Shown one piece after another: positions 37,910-47,526 of a DNA stretch of 64,000 bases. The stretch is from a virus. A model generated the notes under the pieces. That model was not told the DNA's origin. It did no database searches and saw nothing but the letters and a program-made list of their open reading frames with translations. How positions within the stretch are numbered: the stretch's first letter is position 1; each line of letters begins with the position of its first letter. The position numbers and the translations under genes are program-made. Location of the stretch: IMG/VR virus record IMGVR_UViG_3300046048_000227, positions 37,695 to 101,694 of that record; one strand, 5' to 3'.

Positions 37910-39247
37910 TTAGGCAAGCTTCGCGTGACGGATCATAGCAACCAAATTTGGGTGAACCAAACGTGCGGCTAAGTAACCTTTCAACATATAGTCGTAGGTA
38001 TCCTTCACTTGTGCCAATGGAACGTAGCGGAACAATGTGTCAATCGGACGACCATTTTCGTCAACGTTTCCAATAAATGCCGCTCCTCTGCGTGAGTTAC
38101 GGTTAACAAGAAGGATGTTCTCTTCGCCTGTGGACAAAGGCTTAACAGCGACAGGTGTTCTAGAACCGTCATCTGTGTAAGCTTCCACTACGCCGTTAAC
38201 TGTACCAGCAGCATCGTAAGTCAAAGCAGGAATAATATCTAGTAACTGAAGGTTAGCATTTCCTGTAGTTAAACCACGCCAGATCATATAAGCAACTGCG
38301 TTAGCATCTGCTGTCCATGTTAGGTCAATGGCATCACTACCGCCTGTAACAGCGGTGCTATCCTCAGTTCCAGCTACTTGCTCACCGTAAACGGTAATGC
38401 TGGAAATGTTGTAGAAATATTCATCTGCGGGAAGCGCACCTGCCCCTGTATCTTCAGCACCAGCCAAGTCGGTAGGACTTGTGCTTGTGGAAGCAGGAAC
38501 AATGAAGTCGCTTTCCAAAATAGGAACACCGTTGTAAGCAGCCATGATAATCTTACCATCAGCTAGTTCAGCCTCAGTCAGAGGAATATTAACTGCGGTC
38601 TGGAGACCGTCAACAACATTCTTCATCTTAAGACCCATCAGCCAAAGCTTAGGATCACCACGTACACCACGGAAACCCGCAGCAGCCGCAATAGCGTTAT
38701 CAAGATCAGGTAAACCAATCTTGTCTCCACCAGCGTCAATAACGTTGCCAGGAGCATACGCTAGTAAACGGGGAATAATACCGCTGTACTGATAAGCATC
38801 ACCAGTAAACCCAACGTCATTTGCAACACCCCACATAGAGCCAAACTCTAACACGTTAGACATTCCTTCAATAGAACCTTCCAGTTCTGTAGCAAGAGCA
38901 TCAATAAACATGTCATCAACAACCTGTGCATAGCCAGTTACAGAACCCCAGATTCTTTGAATCTTAGTCTGAACGGTCTTACGTGCGTAAACACTGTTCT
39001 TAGCGTTTGCAGGAGTTGTTTCACCTTCGAACCAAGCTTGGGGATGACTTGAACGAACATTATATTCGTGTGTCTTTCCGCCAGCAGGTAGGATATCCAA
39101 AAGTTCTGCCAATGGCTGAAGCTTTAGAAGTTCCTCATGAAGGATAGGGTCAAGATCATAGGGGTTAAGGGCTGCACCGTCTCCACTAGACGTAAGTGCC
39201 TTTTGGAGTTCGGTTTCAACATTTCGTTTAATGCTATAATTAGCCAT
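37910..39247 (-). CDS. major capsid protein (HK97 fold) with internal Fn3/Ig-like insertion
   Basis: KALTSSGDGAAL.PYDLD start, YNGVPILESDF; insert YFYNISSI...GE...IDLTW...Y.IWRG...YTDDG. Confidence 0.85.
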   Translation of the reverse strand: MANYSIKRNVETELQKALTSSGDGAALNPYDLDPILHEELLKLQPLAELLDILPAGGKTHEYNVRSSHPQAWFEGETTPANAKNSVYARKTVQTKIQRIWGSVTGYAQVVDDMFIDALATELEGSIEGMSNVLEFGSMWGVANDVGFTGDAYQYSGIIPRLLAYAPGNVIDAGGDKIGLPDLDNAIAAAAGFRGVRGDPKLWLMGLKMKNVVDGLQTAVNIPLTEAELADGKIIMAAYNGVPILESDFIVPASTSTSPTDLAGAEDTGAGALPADEYFYNISSITVYGEQVAGTEDSTAVTGGSDAIDLTWTADANAVAYMIWRGLTTGNANLQLLDIIPALTYDAAGTVNGVVEAYTDDGSRTPVAVKPLSTGEENILLVNRNSRRGAAFIGNVDENGRPIDTLFRYVPLAQVKDTYDYMLKGYLAARLVHPNLVAMIRHAKLA

Positions 39248-39261
39248 TTTACACCTCTAGT

Positions 39262-40527
39262 TTATGTACGACGACGACGGATTACAGCGTTACCTGTGCT
39301 CCTTGAACTTACGTACCTGCCAACAGCAGAGCGCAAGTCTTCAGGCTTATCAAGGTTTTCTGCATCCTCTTCGTCTTCGTTAATTTCTTCCACTTGCACT
39401 GCGGCAGGACGAACCTTTGGCAGTGAGAGTAGGTATTCTACGGAGTCTTGAAGTTCCTTTACTTCTTCGTTAAGTGCAGCGTTAGCAGCTTCAAGTTCAG
39501 CCACTCTATCAGTTGTGTCTTCCTCTACTGCTTCTTCATCAGCAGACTTATCGCTATCTTCTCCTTCCTCCTCTAGAACAGGAGCTTCGGGAGTACTAGC
39601 CTCTTCGTCAGCTTCGTGAATAAACAATTCGAAAAGATCAACTAATCTTGTGAGCGCATCATTTTGTTTAATAAGTAGCTCTTTAAGTTCTTGAGTACTT
39701 ACACTATCTTCAATAGACTCTTCAACATCTATGTCAAGTTCTTCTTCAGTTTCAGCAATTTCCTCTGTTTCAATAGCGTCTTCGCCTGGAACAGTAACAT
39801 CAAACTCCTCTTCAGTTTCAACAGCAGTTTCTACCTCAAGGGTTTCAACTTCTGCCTCTACTTCCAAGTCTTTCTCTTCAGTTGGCTCTTCATCTTCAGC
39901 TTCTGGAGCCTCTTCTGTCTCAATATCTTTCTCTTCAATTACTGCGCCTTCTACTTCAGGTTCAGCAATTTCGTCTTCCTCTGCATCATGCAAAGATAAG
40001 GAACGTACAGCACTATACACTCCCTCAGACCTAGCTTTATCCCTGAAGTCTTCTGGTAAAGCAGCAAGGTCTAATTTAGCGTCGTAGTTAGCTGGATGAT
40101 CAACTAGAGAAATCTCTGCTAGTGTGTAGCTGTTAATCTGCCAACCACCATCGTCTAACAATTCGAAGTCATCCCAACCAAAAGAGATACCTACGCTTAA
40201 GGCAGACAGCAAACCATTCTCCACCTGAAAGGCGGCGTCAGGATCAAGAACCTTGATTTCAACTTCGTTCCAATCAAGATCATCGTCTGAACCAATACGA
40301 GAAACCTTACCCACTGGGCGAGGTTGGTGCATATAACGGATATTACCCCACTGTCTATATGCGCCGATAGCATTTTCTGTAGCGTCTTTGGTGATGATAT
40401 CACCTAGCATGTCCTTCTGGTCGGAAGTGAACTTTCCTCTAACAAGTGGATGACCATCTTCACTGTGCGTGATCTCCTTACTTAGAGGGATACCAAAAAC
40501 CTTAGTTTTCATTTTTGTGTCTTTCAT
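39262..40527 (-). CDS. prohead protease fused to an acidic scaffold
   Basis: YMHQ, ALSVG, EISLVDHPAN catalytic motifs; Glu-rich coiled-coil C-terminus. Confidence 0.88.
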   Translation of the reverse strand: MKDTKMKTKVFGIPLSKEITHSEDGHPLVRGKFTSDQKDMLGDIITKDATENAIGAYRQWGNIRYMHQPRPVGKVSRIGSDDDLDWNEVEIKVLDPDAAFQVENGLLSALSVGISFGWDDFELLDDGGWQINSYTLAEISLVDHPANYDAKLDLAALPEDFRDKARSEGVYSAVRSLSLHDAEEDEIAEPEVEGAVIEEKDIETEEAPEAEDEEPTEEKDLEVEAEVETLEVETAVETEEEFDVTVPGEDAIETEEIAETEEELDIDVEESIEDSVSTQELKELLIKQNDALTRLVDLFELFIHEADEEASTPEAPVLEEEGEDSDKSADEEAVEEDTTDRVAELEAANAALNEEVKELQDSVEYLLSLPKVRPAAVQVEEINEDEEDAENLDKPEDLRSAVGRYVSSRSTGNAVIRRRRT

Positions 40528-40543
40528 AATTCATTCCGTCCTT

Positions 40544-40816
40544 TTACCTAGTTACTTGGTTAGTTTCCGCAACACTCAAAAGTTCCTTAGCCGCTCTTAC
40601 GCCATATACTTTCTTTAACTCTGAGTACCCCACAGAAGCAACCATCTCACAAGTAATAACTGTTGTGCCTCCTCTGTGCATAATTGGCGTTCCCCATTCA
40701 TCTTTCCATCTATCGTACAGCTTTAGTGCAGTAGCACTATCAAGGAACCCGTCAATTCTGACCCCTTGTGTTTTTCCAAGCCCAGACTTTGTACGCAAAA
40801 CTACATCGTTGTACAT
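40544..40816 (-). CDS. hypothetical protein
   Basis: 90 aa, GAGGTG RBS. Confidence 0.55.
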   Translation of the reverse strand: MYNDVVLRTKSGLGKTQGVRIDGFLDSATALKLYDRWKDEWGTPIMHRGGTTVITCEMVASVGYSELKKVYGVRAAKELLSVAETNQVTR

Positions 40817-40869
40817 AGCTCACCTCATATCCTACAATTATATTTAAAATTATATTGTCAATTTGCACG

Positions 40870-41154
40870 TTATTTAGAAAAATCTTGTAACTCTCTTGAT
40901 ACTTTCTTTACCATACGCTCTGCTGAGACCGTAGTAACTGTATCAATTAGTTGATAGATAGCTCTAACTATTGGATCAGCGGTATACCAGACTTTGACAG
41001 TATCACAAGAAGGACACTTAATTGCTAAGTTAACTCCCCTAGTTTGCAAATTGGTAACTTCTTCGCTAACTTCTAATTCTGATCCAAGCACCCTACCAAG
41101 GACAAATCCACAACTTTGGTTTATACAAAACCACCTAGTGTCTCTTCCCTCCAT
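40870..41154 (-). CDS. zinc-ribbon protein (Com-like)
   Basis: CxxxxC...IKCPSC. Confidence 0.55.
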   Translation of the reverse strand: MEGRDTRWFCINQSCGFVLGRVLGSELEVSEEVTNLQTRGVNLAIKCPSCDTVKVWYTADPIVRAIYQLIDTVTTVSAERMVKKVSRELQDFSK

Positions 41155-42754
41155 GATTAACTCCTTTTATTACGTCTAAGATATCATCCATAAACTCCTT
41201 AGCTTCACTAATTTCTGTGAGCGTAAGGGCACGTTCATTAATGTCATCCATAATCTCTTGCGGAATTATGTCTGACTTAAACTCTCTTAAAGGTTTCCCT
41301 TTCCTAATACTATTCACTAAATAAGACCTAGCCTTAAGAATTTCATTACGCCACTTAATGCTTTCATCATCATGGTTATCCCCCCTTGGCGGGTCTTGGT
41401 CATCATTAGTTGGTTCCCCTGTATTTGCTGGTGCATCTGGTTCATCTTCTCTGCCTTCTGGGGGAGAGCCAGTATCTGGATTTTCTAGAGGAGTGTTAGA
41501 AGGAGCATTCATTTGATCAACTTCATCTACAAACATGTCTCCTAGCTCATCTGTACGTTCATCCAAACCACGCTGGTTCCGAATCTCATTAGGAGTAAGG
41601 GTACCAATAGAATAGTACCGCATATCTACAGTAGCTTTTTCTACTTCTGTTAAGAAGTCTGGCATCTTAAATTTAAAGTCCCAACCAGAATAATCAAATT
41701 CTCTAACATGAATTTGATCATAAAATCCTTGCTCAACAAAAGTAAAGATAGGCTCCATAGATGATTCATGAAATTCACGCCTCAGTTCTCTAAGGTTCCC
41801 ACCAGACAAGTCCTCACTAATACCTAGCTTAGCTCCTGGTACACCAGAAACAGCTAAGTTCTCAGTCCTTGTATCTTTCCTAGCTTCTTGGTATGGCAGG
41901 TCTCTAGGAAGTTGTCTCGTTTCTTTAATATCAAGCTCTCCCTGTAGTACAACAGGATTTCTACCAATGTTACTTGGCCCGCTATACTTAGCCTCAATAG
42001 CTCCAACAAGCTCGTCAAAAGCTGTATCACTTATATCATTTGACACAATGTAAAATGCCTCTGGCTTGTTCCTATTCTTAAGATACTCTCTAGCTGCTGT
42101 CTGCAAATAGATATCAAGAGGTAAGGAGTAGTTAACCAACGACCTAATATCTGTACCACCAGTAGAGTACCCTTCCCAATCTGGGTTTACTAAATACACT
42201 ATATCTCTTGGATCATTGTAACTTACAAACTTTCTTCTGTCGTTTAGAGGGAATTGAAAAAAAGCTCCACCTTCTTTAAAGTAACCCATTTCATCAACAT
42301 TAGGAATAACAAATCCATGGAGAAAATCCATGCCTATAGGTCTATCTGCGTTATCTCTAAGTATATGGAAAGCAGCCTGCCCGAAGTAGCGAAGGTACAT
42401 AACAGAAATCATTAACTTATAAGGCATACCGTAATAATCTTTGATATTGTCCCATTCCCTTTTCTTCATGAAGTAAAACTCTTTTAGTTTCCTTCTTTGC
42501 AAGTCTCTAGCTTTTTCCTTATTTTCCTTGTTCTTAACTATATCAAACCATGTGCCTACGGATGTTCTACCAATAACGCTCATAGCTGCACGAGTGTAAC
42601 CATGGGCATTGATAGTATCCATTAAATCCCAAAACAATGTAAAACGATCATCAGTTGTTAGTTCATCATCAACCGTCTTAACTGGTGCCGTATTATTCTG
42701 TAAAACTTTTACGTTACCTGGGGAGTATTCTCTACCAAAACTGTGTACACGCAT
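41135..42754 (-). CDS. portal protein (HK97 family)
   Basis: FGQA, GVPGAKLG, GTLTPNEIR..GL; GGAGG RBS before ATG 42754. Confidence 0.88.
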   Translation of the reverse strand: MRVHSFGREYSPGNVKVLQNNTAPVKTVDDELTTDDRFTLFWDLMDTINAHGYTRAAMSVIGRTSVGTWFDIVKNKENKEKARDLQRRKLKEFYFMKKREWDNIKDYYGMPYKLMISVMYLRYFGQAAFHILRDNADRPIGMDFLHGFVIPNVDEMGYFKEGGAFFQFPLNDRRKFVSYNDPRDIVYLVNPDWEGYSTGGTDIRSLVNYSLPLDIYLQTAAREYLKNRNKPEAFYIVSNDISDTAFDELVGAIEAKYSGPSNIGRNPVVLQGELDIKETRQLPRDLPYQEARKDTRTENLAVSGVPGAKLGISEDLSGGNLRELRREFHESSMEPIFTFVEQGFYDQIHVREFDYSGWDFKFKMPDFLTEVEKATVDMRYYSIGTLTPNEIRNQRGLDERTDELGDMFVDEVDQMNAPSNTPLENPDTGSPPEGREDEPDAPANTGEPTNDDQDPPRGDNHDDESIKWRNEILKARSYLVNSIRKGKPLREFKSDIIPQEIMDDINERALTLTEISEAKEFMDDILDVIKGVNHGGKRH

Positions 42755-42863
42755 TAATATCCTCCGTGATAAGGTATACCTGTCATATTCTACAATCAAA
42801 GTCTTCTATAAAATGCAAAAAGCTGACGGCTAAGCGTCAGCTTCGGCAGATAAACTTACTCTA

Positions 42864-43742
42864 TTATAGTTTTACTAAAATTGGTGGGGCACCTGCTAGG
42901 TAAGACAATCTCTGTCCCTCCTTATCAACAAATACATGTGACCCCGCCGTACTATCAAGGCTAACCCAACCTAAACTTTTAGCTTTTACTTTAAACTCCT
43001 CTAATGTTGTTACACCATCTGGAACTTCGTAGGCATTCTTGTAGTTCTTAGACATAACTTCTTTGCGGTACTTACTTATTACAGCTTCAACTCTGTTTTG
43101 AAGTGCCCAATAATTCCTAAACACTACCCTTGCTCCTCCTATAGCAGTATGTACCTTATCTTCCTCTTCAACATTCAATGCCTGTGAGATAGAGTGACCG
43201 TTGTACCTTCCGCCCTTAGTCTTAAGGGTAGGATCATACTTCATGGCGTGCTTCATAATATCAATAACATCAACAAAGTCATCAAAAGGAAAACCAACAA
43301 ACTGTAAACTATCCCCCATAAAGTGGTTCAAAAACCTAAGATCAAACTTTGGGTTTTGTCCAACACAAAATACTTTAGTACTAGCCAACTTATTTAACTC
43401 TGGGGTATTTAGTTCAAGCAACCAAGTAACTAGTTTGATCTGAGCATCTAATAAAGAAATACCCTCTTTCTCTAAGTAGTCCCAGGTCATGCCGTTAACT
43501 TCTAAAGCTTTTGGACTGGCAACAGCCCACTCTTCTTGAGTAGGCTTAATAACAAGCTCAAGTTCTTTTGTTGGTGCCTTCTCCATACGAACATCATCTA
43601 CTTGTTGCTGGAATATAAATGCAGCAGATAAGATAACAGCACCCTCAGCTTCACTAAGCCCAGATGTTTCTATGTCCAAGTAAATTCTTGGACGTTCCTT
43701 GAAATACTTACTTCTAGTTCTCACTGGATCGGGTTTGAACAT
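42864..43742 (-). CDS. DEDDh 3'-5' exonuclease (DnaQ-like)
   Basis: DIETSG, ALEVNG, GQNPKFD, HTA; the last Asp appears replaced (HTAIGG). Confidence 0.8.
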   Translation of the reverse strand: MFKPDPVRTRSKYFKERPRIYLDIETSGLSEAEGAVILSAAFIFQQQVDDVRMEKAPTKELELVIKPTQEEWAVASPKALEVNGMTWDYLEKEGISLLDAQIKLVTWLLELNTPELNKLASTKVFCVGQNPKFDLRFLNHFMGDSLQFVGFPFDDFVDVIDIMKHAMKYDPTLKTKGGRYNGHSISQALNVEEEDKVHTAIGGARVVFRNYWALQNRVEAVISKYRKEVMSKNYKNAYEVPDGVTTLEEFKVKAKSLGWVSLDSTAGSHVFVDKEGQRLSYLAGAPPILVKL

Positions 43743-43914
43743 TCTCTTCTTCCTTTCGTGCAGCTACTATAGCCGCAGCATGTACCTTGTCCCAATCAAA
43801 GGTATTGTTTTTAGCCCATTCAGCGTACTCGTTTATCACAATATCTACAAAGTCATCAACTGATAGGCTTGCAAGTTTCTCAAACTCTTTAACGTACTTT
43901 TGTACCTTAACCAT
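43714..43914 (-). CDS. hypothetical protein
   Basis: 66 aa, tightly coupled to neighbours. Confidence 0.55.
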   Translation of the reverse strand: MVKVQKYVKEFEKLASLSVDDFVDIVINEYAEWAKNNTFDWDKVHAAAIVAARKEEENVQTRSSEN

Positions 43915-44151
43915 TTAGTACTCCAATAGCTTTACATTACCAGCTACTATAACTAACTTTATGTTCGGTGTATCCTCTAAACCAAGCACATCATATAATA
44001 GCTTGGCAGTCTCATCTGCTTGCTCTTCTTCTCTCACAATAAGAAGGTACCTTTTGTTTTCATCAAGTTCTGAGATTCCATCTTTAATGGCTTGTGAAAG
44101 CATACTCACAATCTCATCTCTCTGGTTTTTAGATAAAAAACTTAGTACCAT
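43915..44151 (-). CDS. hypothetical protein
   Basis: 78 aa, GGAGAGG RBS. Confidence 0.6.
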   Translation of the reverse strand: MVLSFLSKNQRDEIVSMLSQAIKDGISELDENKRYLLIVREEEQADETAKLLYDVLGLEDTPNIKLVIVAGNVKLLEY

Positions 44152-44164
44152 AAACCTCTCCTAG

Positions 44165-44618
44165 TACATCTCTATATAGTAGTACTATATTAAAGCTAAG
44201 TACATTACTTTAGTTTTGTTTGCTCGACCTATTCACAACTTAGCTACACCTCCCCCATACGGTGTAAGCTATTAGCCCTAGCTTACAACATATGAAGGAG
44301 GAGCAGTCACGGTACATGTTTGATCTTGGAGCACCAAGATAGGGAGATTTTGAGCCTAAGAAGACTCCATGATCCCTTTTACACGCTGTATCTGCTTATT
44401 GTCAGGAGCTATGCTCCACTGCCCAGGTAGGTCTTTACCAGCTAGCTTTCGCTATGACAATAACTCCCTTGCTCTCACGAGCAACCTTACGGTGTCCCTA
44501 ATGGGTTCTGGGATTGGGCTAGGACAGTACCTAAGAAGGCGTCCTTCGTCCGCGGACAACAATCGGGGGGTTCCCGATATTAGTCTATGTACTTCACGTT
44601 TCCGCATTCGTGAAGATT
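44165..44618 (-). ncRNA. candidate large structured non-coding RNA or structured 5' leader
   Basis: ORF-free on the transcribed strand, behind a consensus promoter; many stems with GAAA, GUGA and GUAA tetraloops and long-range pairings. Confidence 0.6.
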
Positions 44619-44624
44619 ACAGTT

Positions 44625-44653
44625 ATTATAACACACTACAGTTACAAAGTCAA
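44625..44653 (-). promoter_or_regulatory. strong sigma70-type promoter driving the structured RNA
   Basis: Minus strand TTGACT-17-TATAAT with TG extension, overlapping the terL stop codon. Confidence 0.78.
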
Positions 44654-46534
44654 GGACTTGTCTGCGTGTAAGTACTTAATGGCGTATCTAACAACGTTCT
44701 CTGGGTAAGCTGCTCTAGCTTTAACCAACGTAACGGACAACGGGAATGGGGTTTTCTCTGTGCCTTCTTTGTTATCAATGAACCACTTAAGCTGGTCTAA
44801 AGGTACCTGTGCTAGGAAATAAACTGCACCTGATAAAGCACCCCTAGTAATCCCTTCGTCAACTATTTCGTTTGGATCGTTAAGCGTTGATACTCTCCCT
44901 CCAGCACCTACTACTACAATTTTGTAATCTTTTCCTCTTGCTATTTCTACAGCAGTCATTAAGTACAGTAAAGCATGTGCATAGTGAGACGGTCTTAGTT
45001 CTACCCATACAGGCTCTTCTACAACACCACTAGGTTTCTTTACTTCTCTAAGGTCTCTCTTAATAGCAGTAAGGTGATCAATAATTGTTTCTGTTTCCTG
45101 GGGCAACTCACTAAGACTTCCAGGTAATAGCACACCACCGTCTTTAATTTTTTCCATAAGCCTGTCAAACCCTTCAGACCTGCCTATTAAAACACTGGTA
45201 TTTACTCTTCCGTCTTTCTCTTTCTTCAGTGTCCACTCAATACTACTTTGAGTATAGTCTGCTAACAACAGCTTACCCATAAAATCTTTTTGTAGATTTC
45301 TAGCTGAGTGTCTATTTGGATCAGCGTCTAGTACAGCTTTGTTAACATTAAACAAGCGCATAAGTACGCCTAGCCTATCAAACCCAATCTCGAATGGGAT
45401 AGACTCCATGTGTACAATTCTAGGTATGCTTTCACCCTTCGGTATTTTAGCTATTAAAACTTGCAACTCGTTGCCCTGATCTGCACCCAAATAATAAGTT
45501 GAGTTTCCATCATAGGATTCTTCTAAGGTAACATAGAACTCGCTAGACAATGTGCTAGCTAGAATATCATCTCTAGAAAGAGAGCCGACACCGCTCTCTC
45601 TAGGAACACCTAAGTTTTTCCTATAAAATTCCCGTATCTTAGTTAGTGGGTCACGGTATACAGCGTACAAATGGGGTGCTGTGTGTGTCATCATCTGTGA
45701 GATGCTATAGCCAACCATAGTACTGCTGCGCTCTGGGTATTCTGGTACCCACATACCTTCTTGAATTTGTTCTAAAGTTAGGGGTTTGTCGCAACGAGCA
45801 CAGCCAAAGAACACTTTGGTCGGATTAGCCTCTGGCCCCTTTATACGTAGATTAACTTCCCAATTTAGTACTTGTAGGTGGTTACAAGCAGGGCAGGAGA
45901 CAAACCATTGCCGACGGTCACTAATACTGTACCTAGCATTAATGCCGTAGTTAGCTAGGGTAGGGGTGGAGAACATAAGAGATAGCTTCCAGTCTGAATC
46001 ATCCATTCTGTTCTGCGCTGTAGATACATTATTCATATCAGATAAATCTAACTCATCTATGAATACTACATCAGCAGGCATCATCCTAGGTTCTACTGTT
46101 GATTCCATAAAGAAGAGAAAGGAGTTACCAAATTTTTTAGCTCTGGTAGAGTCAGGAGAACCTAACAATCCTCTCAACCTATCAGAGTTAGAGATCATTG
46201 GGTCTATACGAGTAGTAACAAAGTCTATGTAGTCTTGCTGTCTTGGCAACATGTACATAGCTCTGATTGACCAAAAATCAGCAAAGTGAAATAGCCGCAC
46301 AGCAGCCATAGTTGTCATACCACATTGTGTTGACTTTTGAATAACTAAATTTTTAGCTTCACCCACTGGATTGTTCTCTATCCTGTATGGGTTAACTGAT
46401 TTATATATTTCAGGAGTCCACTTACGTTCAGCAATTTCCCACTTTTTGCTCTCTAGCAAATCAACATAAGAAATACCGTAAGTTAATATATCTCTCCTAG
46501 CTAGCGTCTCTATCTTCTTCTGTTTGTTCATCAA
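44642..46534 (-). CDS. terL: terminase large subunit (lambda GpA-like)
   Basis: QKSTQCGMT Walker A, FIDELD Walker B, STPT, SDRRQWFVSCPACNH, nuclease GADQG. Confidence 0.9.
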   Translation of the reverse strand: MMNKQKKIETLARRDILTYGISYVDLLESKKWEIAERKWTPEIYKSVNPYRIENNPVGEAKNLVIQKSTQCGMTTMAAVRLFHFADFWSIRAMYMLPRQQDYIDFVTTRIDPMISNSDRLRGLLGSPDSTRAKKFGNSFLFFMESTVEPRMMPADVVFIDELDLSDMNNVSTAQNRMDDSDWKLSLMFSTPTLANYGINARYSISDRRQWFVSCPACNHLQVLNWEVNLRIKGPEANPTKVFFGCARCDKPLTLEQIQEGMWVPEYPERSSTMVGYSISQMMTHTAPHLYAVYRDPLTKIREFYRKNLGVPRESGVGSLSRDDILASTLSSEFYVTLEESYDGNSTYYLGADQGNELQVLIAKIPKGESIPRIVHMESIPFEIGFDRLGVLMRLFNVNKAVLDADPNRHSARNLQKDFMGKLLLADYTQSSIEWTLKKEKDGRVNTSVLIGRSEGFDRLMEKIKDGGVLLPGSLSELPQETETIIDHLTAIKRDLREVKKPSGVVEEPVWVELRPSHYAHALLYLMTAVEIARGKDYKIVVVGAGGRVSTLNDPNEIVDEGITRGALSGAVYFLAQVPLDQLKWFIDNKEGTEKTPFPLSVTLVKARAAYPENVVRYAIKYLHADKSLTL

Positions 46535-47294
46535 TACCCTTTATGACCTCTGAGATTGTGCCAGGGGCTAGCATGAATATTGTTTCATACATCTCTGACG
46601 ATAGTTTTTCTTTTATCCTGATATGAATATCAAGTCTTTCAAATCGTTTTCCACAAACATGACAAAGAATACCTTCTTTGTTTTTCTCAAGCACACCAAG
46701 CTCCCCATGGTTAGGGTTTCCCTCTTCATCAAGCAGTGGCCCTTTAGGCTCTTCCTCAATAATTCTAATAGTAGTCTCTATTGCATCGTCCTCGTAGTCT
46801 TTTGCGGTGTCTACTACGTAATCAAGAGCACTCTGCCTAGCTTTAAATAAAGGAGTTTCCTCGCTGATCTTAATATTGATATCAAGTTTGTTTCCGAAGA
46901 ATAGGGATAGTACATAACGAGCGTGCTGTGCTTTTATTCCTAGTAGTTTAGCGTTAACATCTTCGTTGGCAGAAAACACATCAGCAGATGTTTTTAGTGC
47001 CTCTAAAAATTGCTGTTCCATCTGACTCATCCGCCACAGTGACAAATCTTTCCTAGCCAGTGCCACTGCTCTTGTCATGTCAGGATATTTTGTCATATAA
47101 TTTTTAACTGTCTGACGTTTGACGCCTAATTTGTCAGCGATTTTGTATGTCGGATATCCTGCCACTAACATCTCTGCCATTTCTACAATCTTGTTTGGCA
47201 TGTCAGATTCTACTAATGTTTCTGTCAAAGTATTGATTGTTTCTTGCCAAGTTACTGCATCAATCTCTGGGTATTTTACTATCTCGTTTGTCAT
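46497..47294 (-). CDS. putative terminase small subunit (HTH + C-terminal zinc finger)
   Basis: IADKLGVKRQTV HTH; CHVCGK..L..H; directly upstream of terL. Confidence 0.55.
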   Translation of the reverse strand: MTNEIVKYPEIDAVTWQETINTLTETLVESDMPNKIVEMAEMLVAGYPTYKIADKLGVKRQTVKNYMTKYPDMTRAVALARKDLSLWRMSQMEQQFLEALKTSADVFSANEDVNAKLLGIKAQHARYVLSLFFGNKLDINIKISEETPLFKARQSALDYVVDTAKDYEDDAIETTIRIIEEEPKGPLLDEEGNPNHGELGVLEKNKEGILCHVCGKRFERLDIHIRIKEKLSSEMYETIFMLAPGTISEVIKGIDEQTEEDRDAS

Positions 47295-47295
47295 G

Positions 47296-47526
47296 TTAGT
47301 ACTCCAGGCTATCAGTGTCACGTTCAAGATCGGTTAATGGCACTTCGTTATTTGTTACTCTAGTATCTTGTCTGCGCTCTCTTTGTTCTGCATTCCACAA
47401 GTATCTTAACCAGTTGGGCCAATCTCTCGAACTTCTCCCATATATTTTTTCGCAGCTAGAACAAATTGCAAATCTCCACGTTATTCGTCTCCCACAACCA
47501 GTTAAGCATTCATGGTATCTGGACAT
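47296..47526 (-). CDS. small Cys-rich protein
   Basis: CxxGC...CSSC. Confidence 0.5.
   Translation of the reverse strand: MSRYHECLTGCGRRITWRFAICSSCEKIYGRSSRDWPNWLRYLWNAEQRERRQDTRVTNNEVPLTDLERDTDSLEY

Noticed and set aside
44165-44618. Group I/II intron, tmRNA or RNase P RNA identity for the structured region
   Set aside because: No interrupted gene, no GUGYG start or convincing domain V, no ordered P7 elements, no tRNA-like ends and no RNase P P4 consensus recognised by eye; a covariance search is still needed.
44369-44671. 100-aa plus-strand ORF in the terL-portal gap
   Set aside because: Antisense to the operon and to the local promoter, no RBS, no protein-like features; RNA structure explains the region better.
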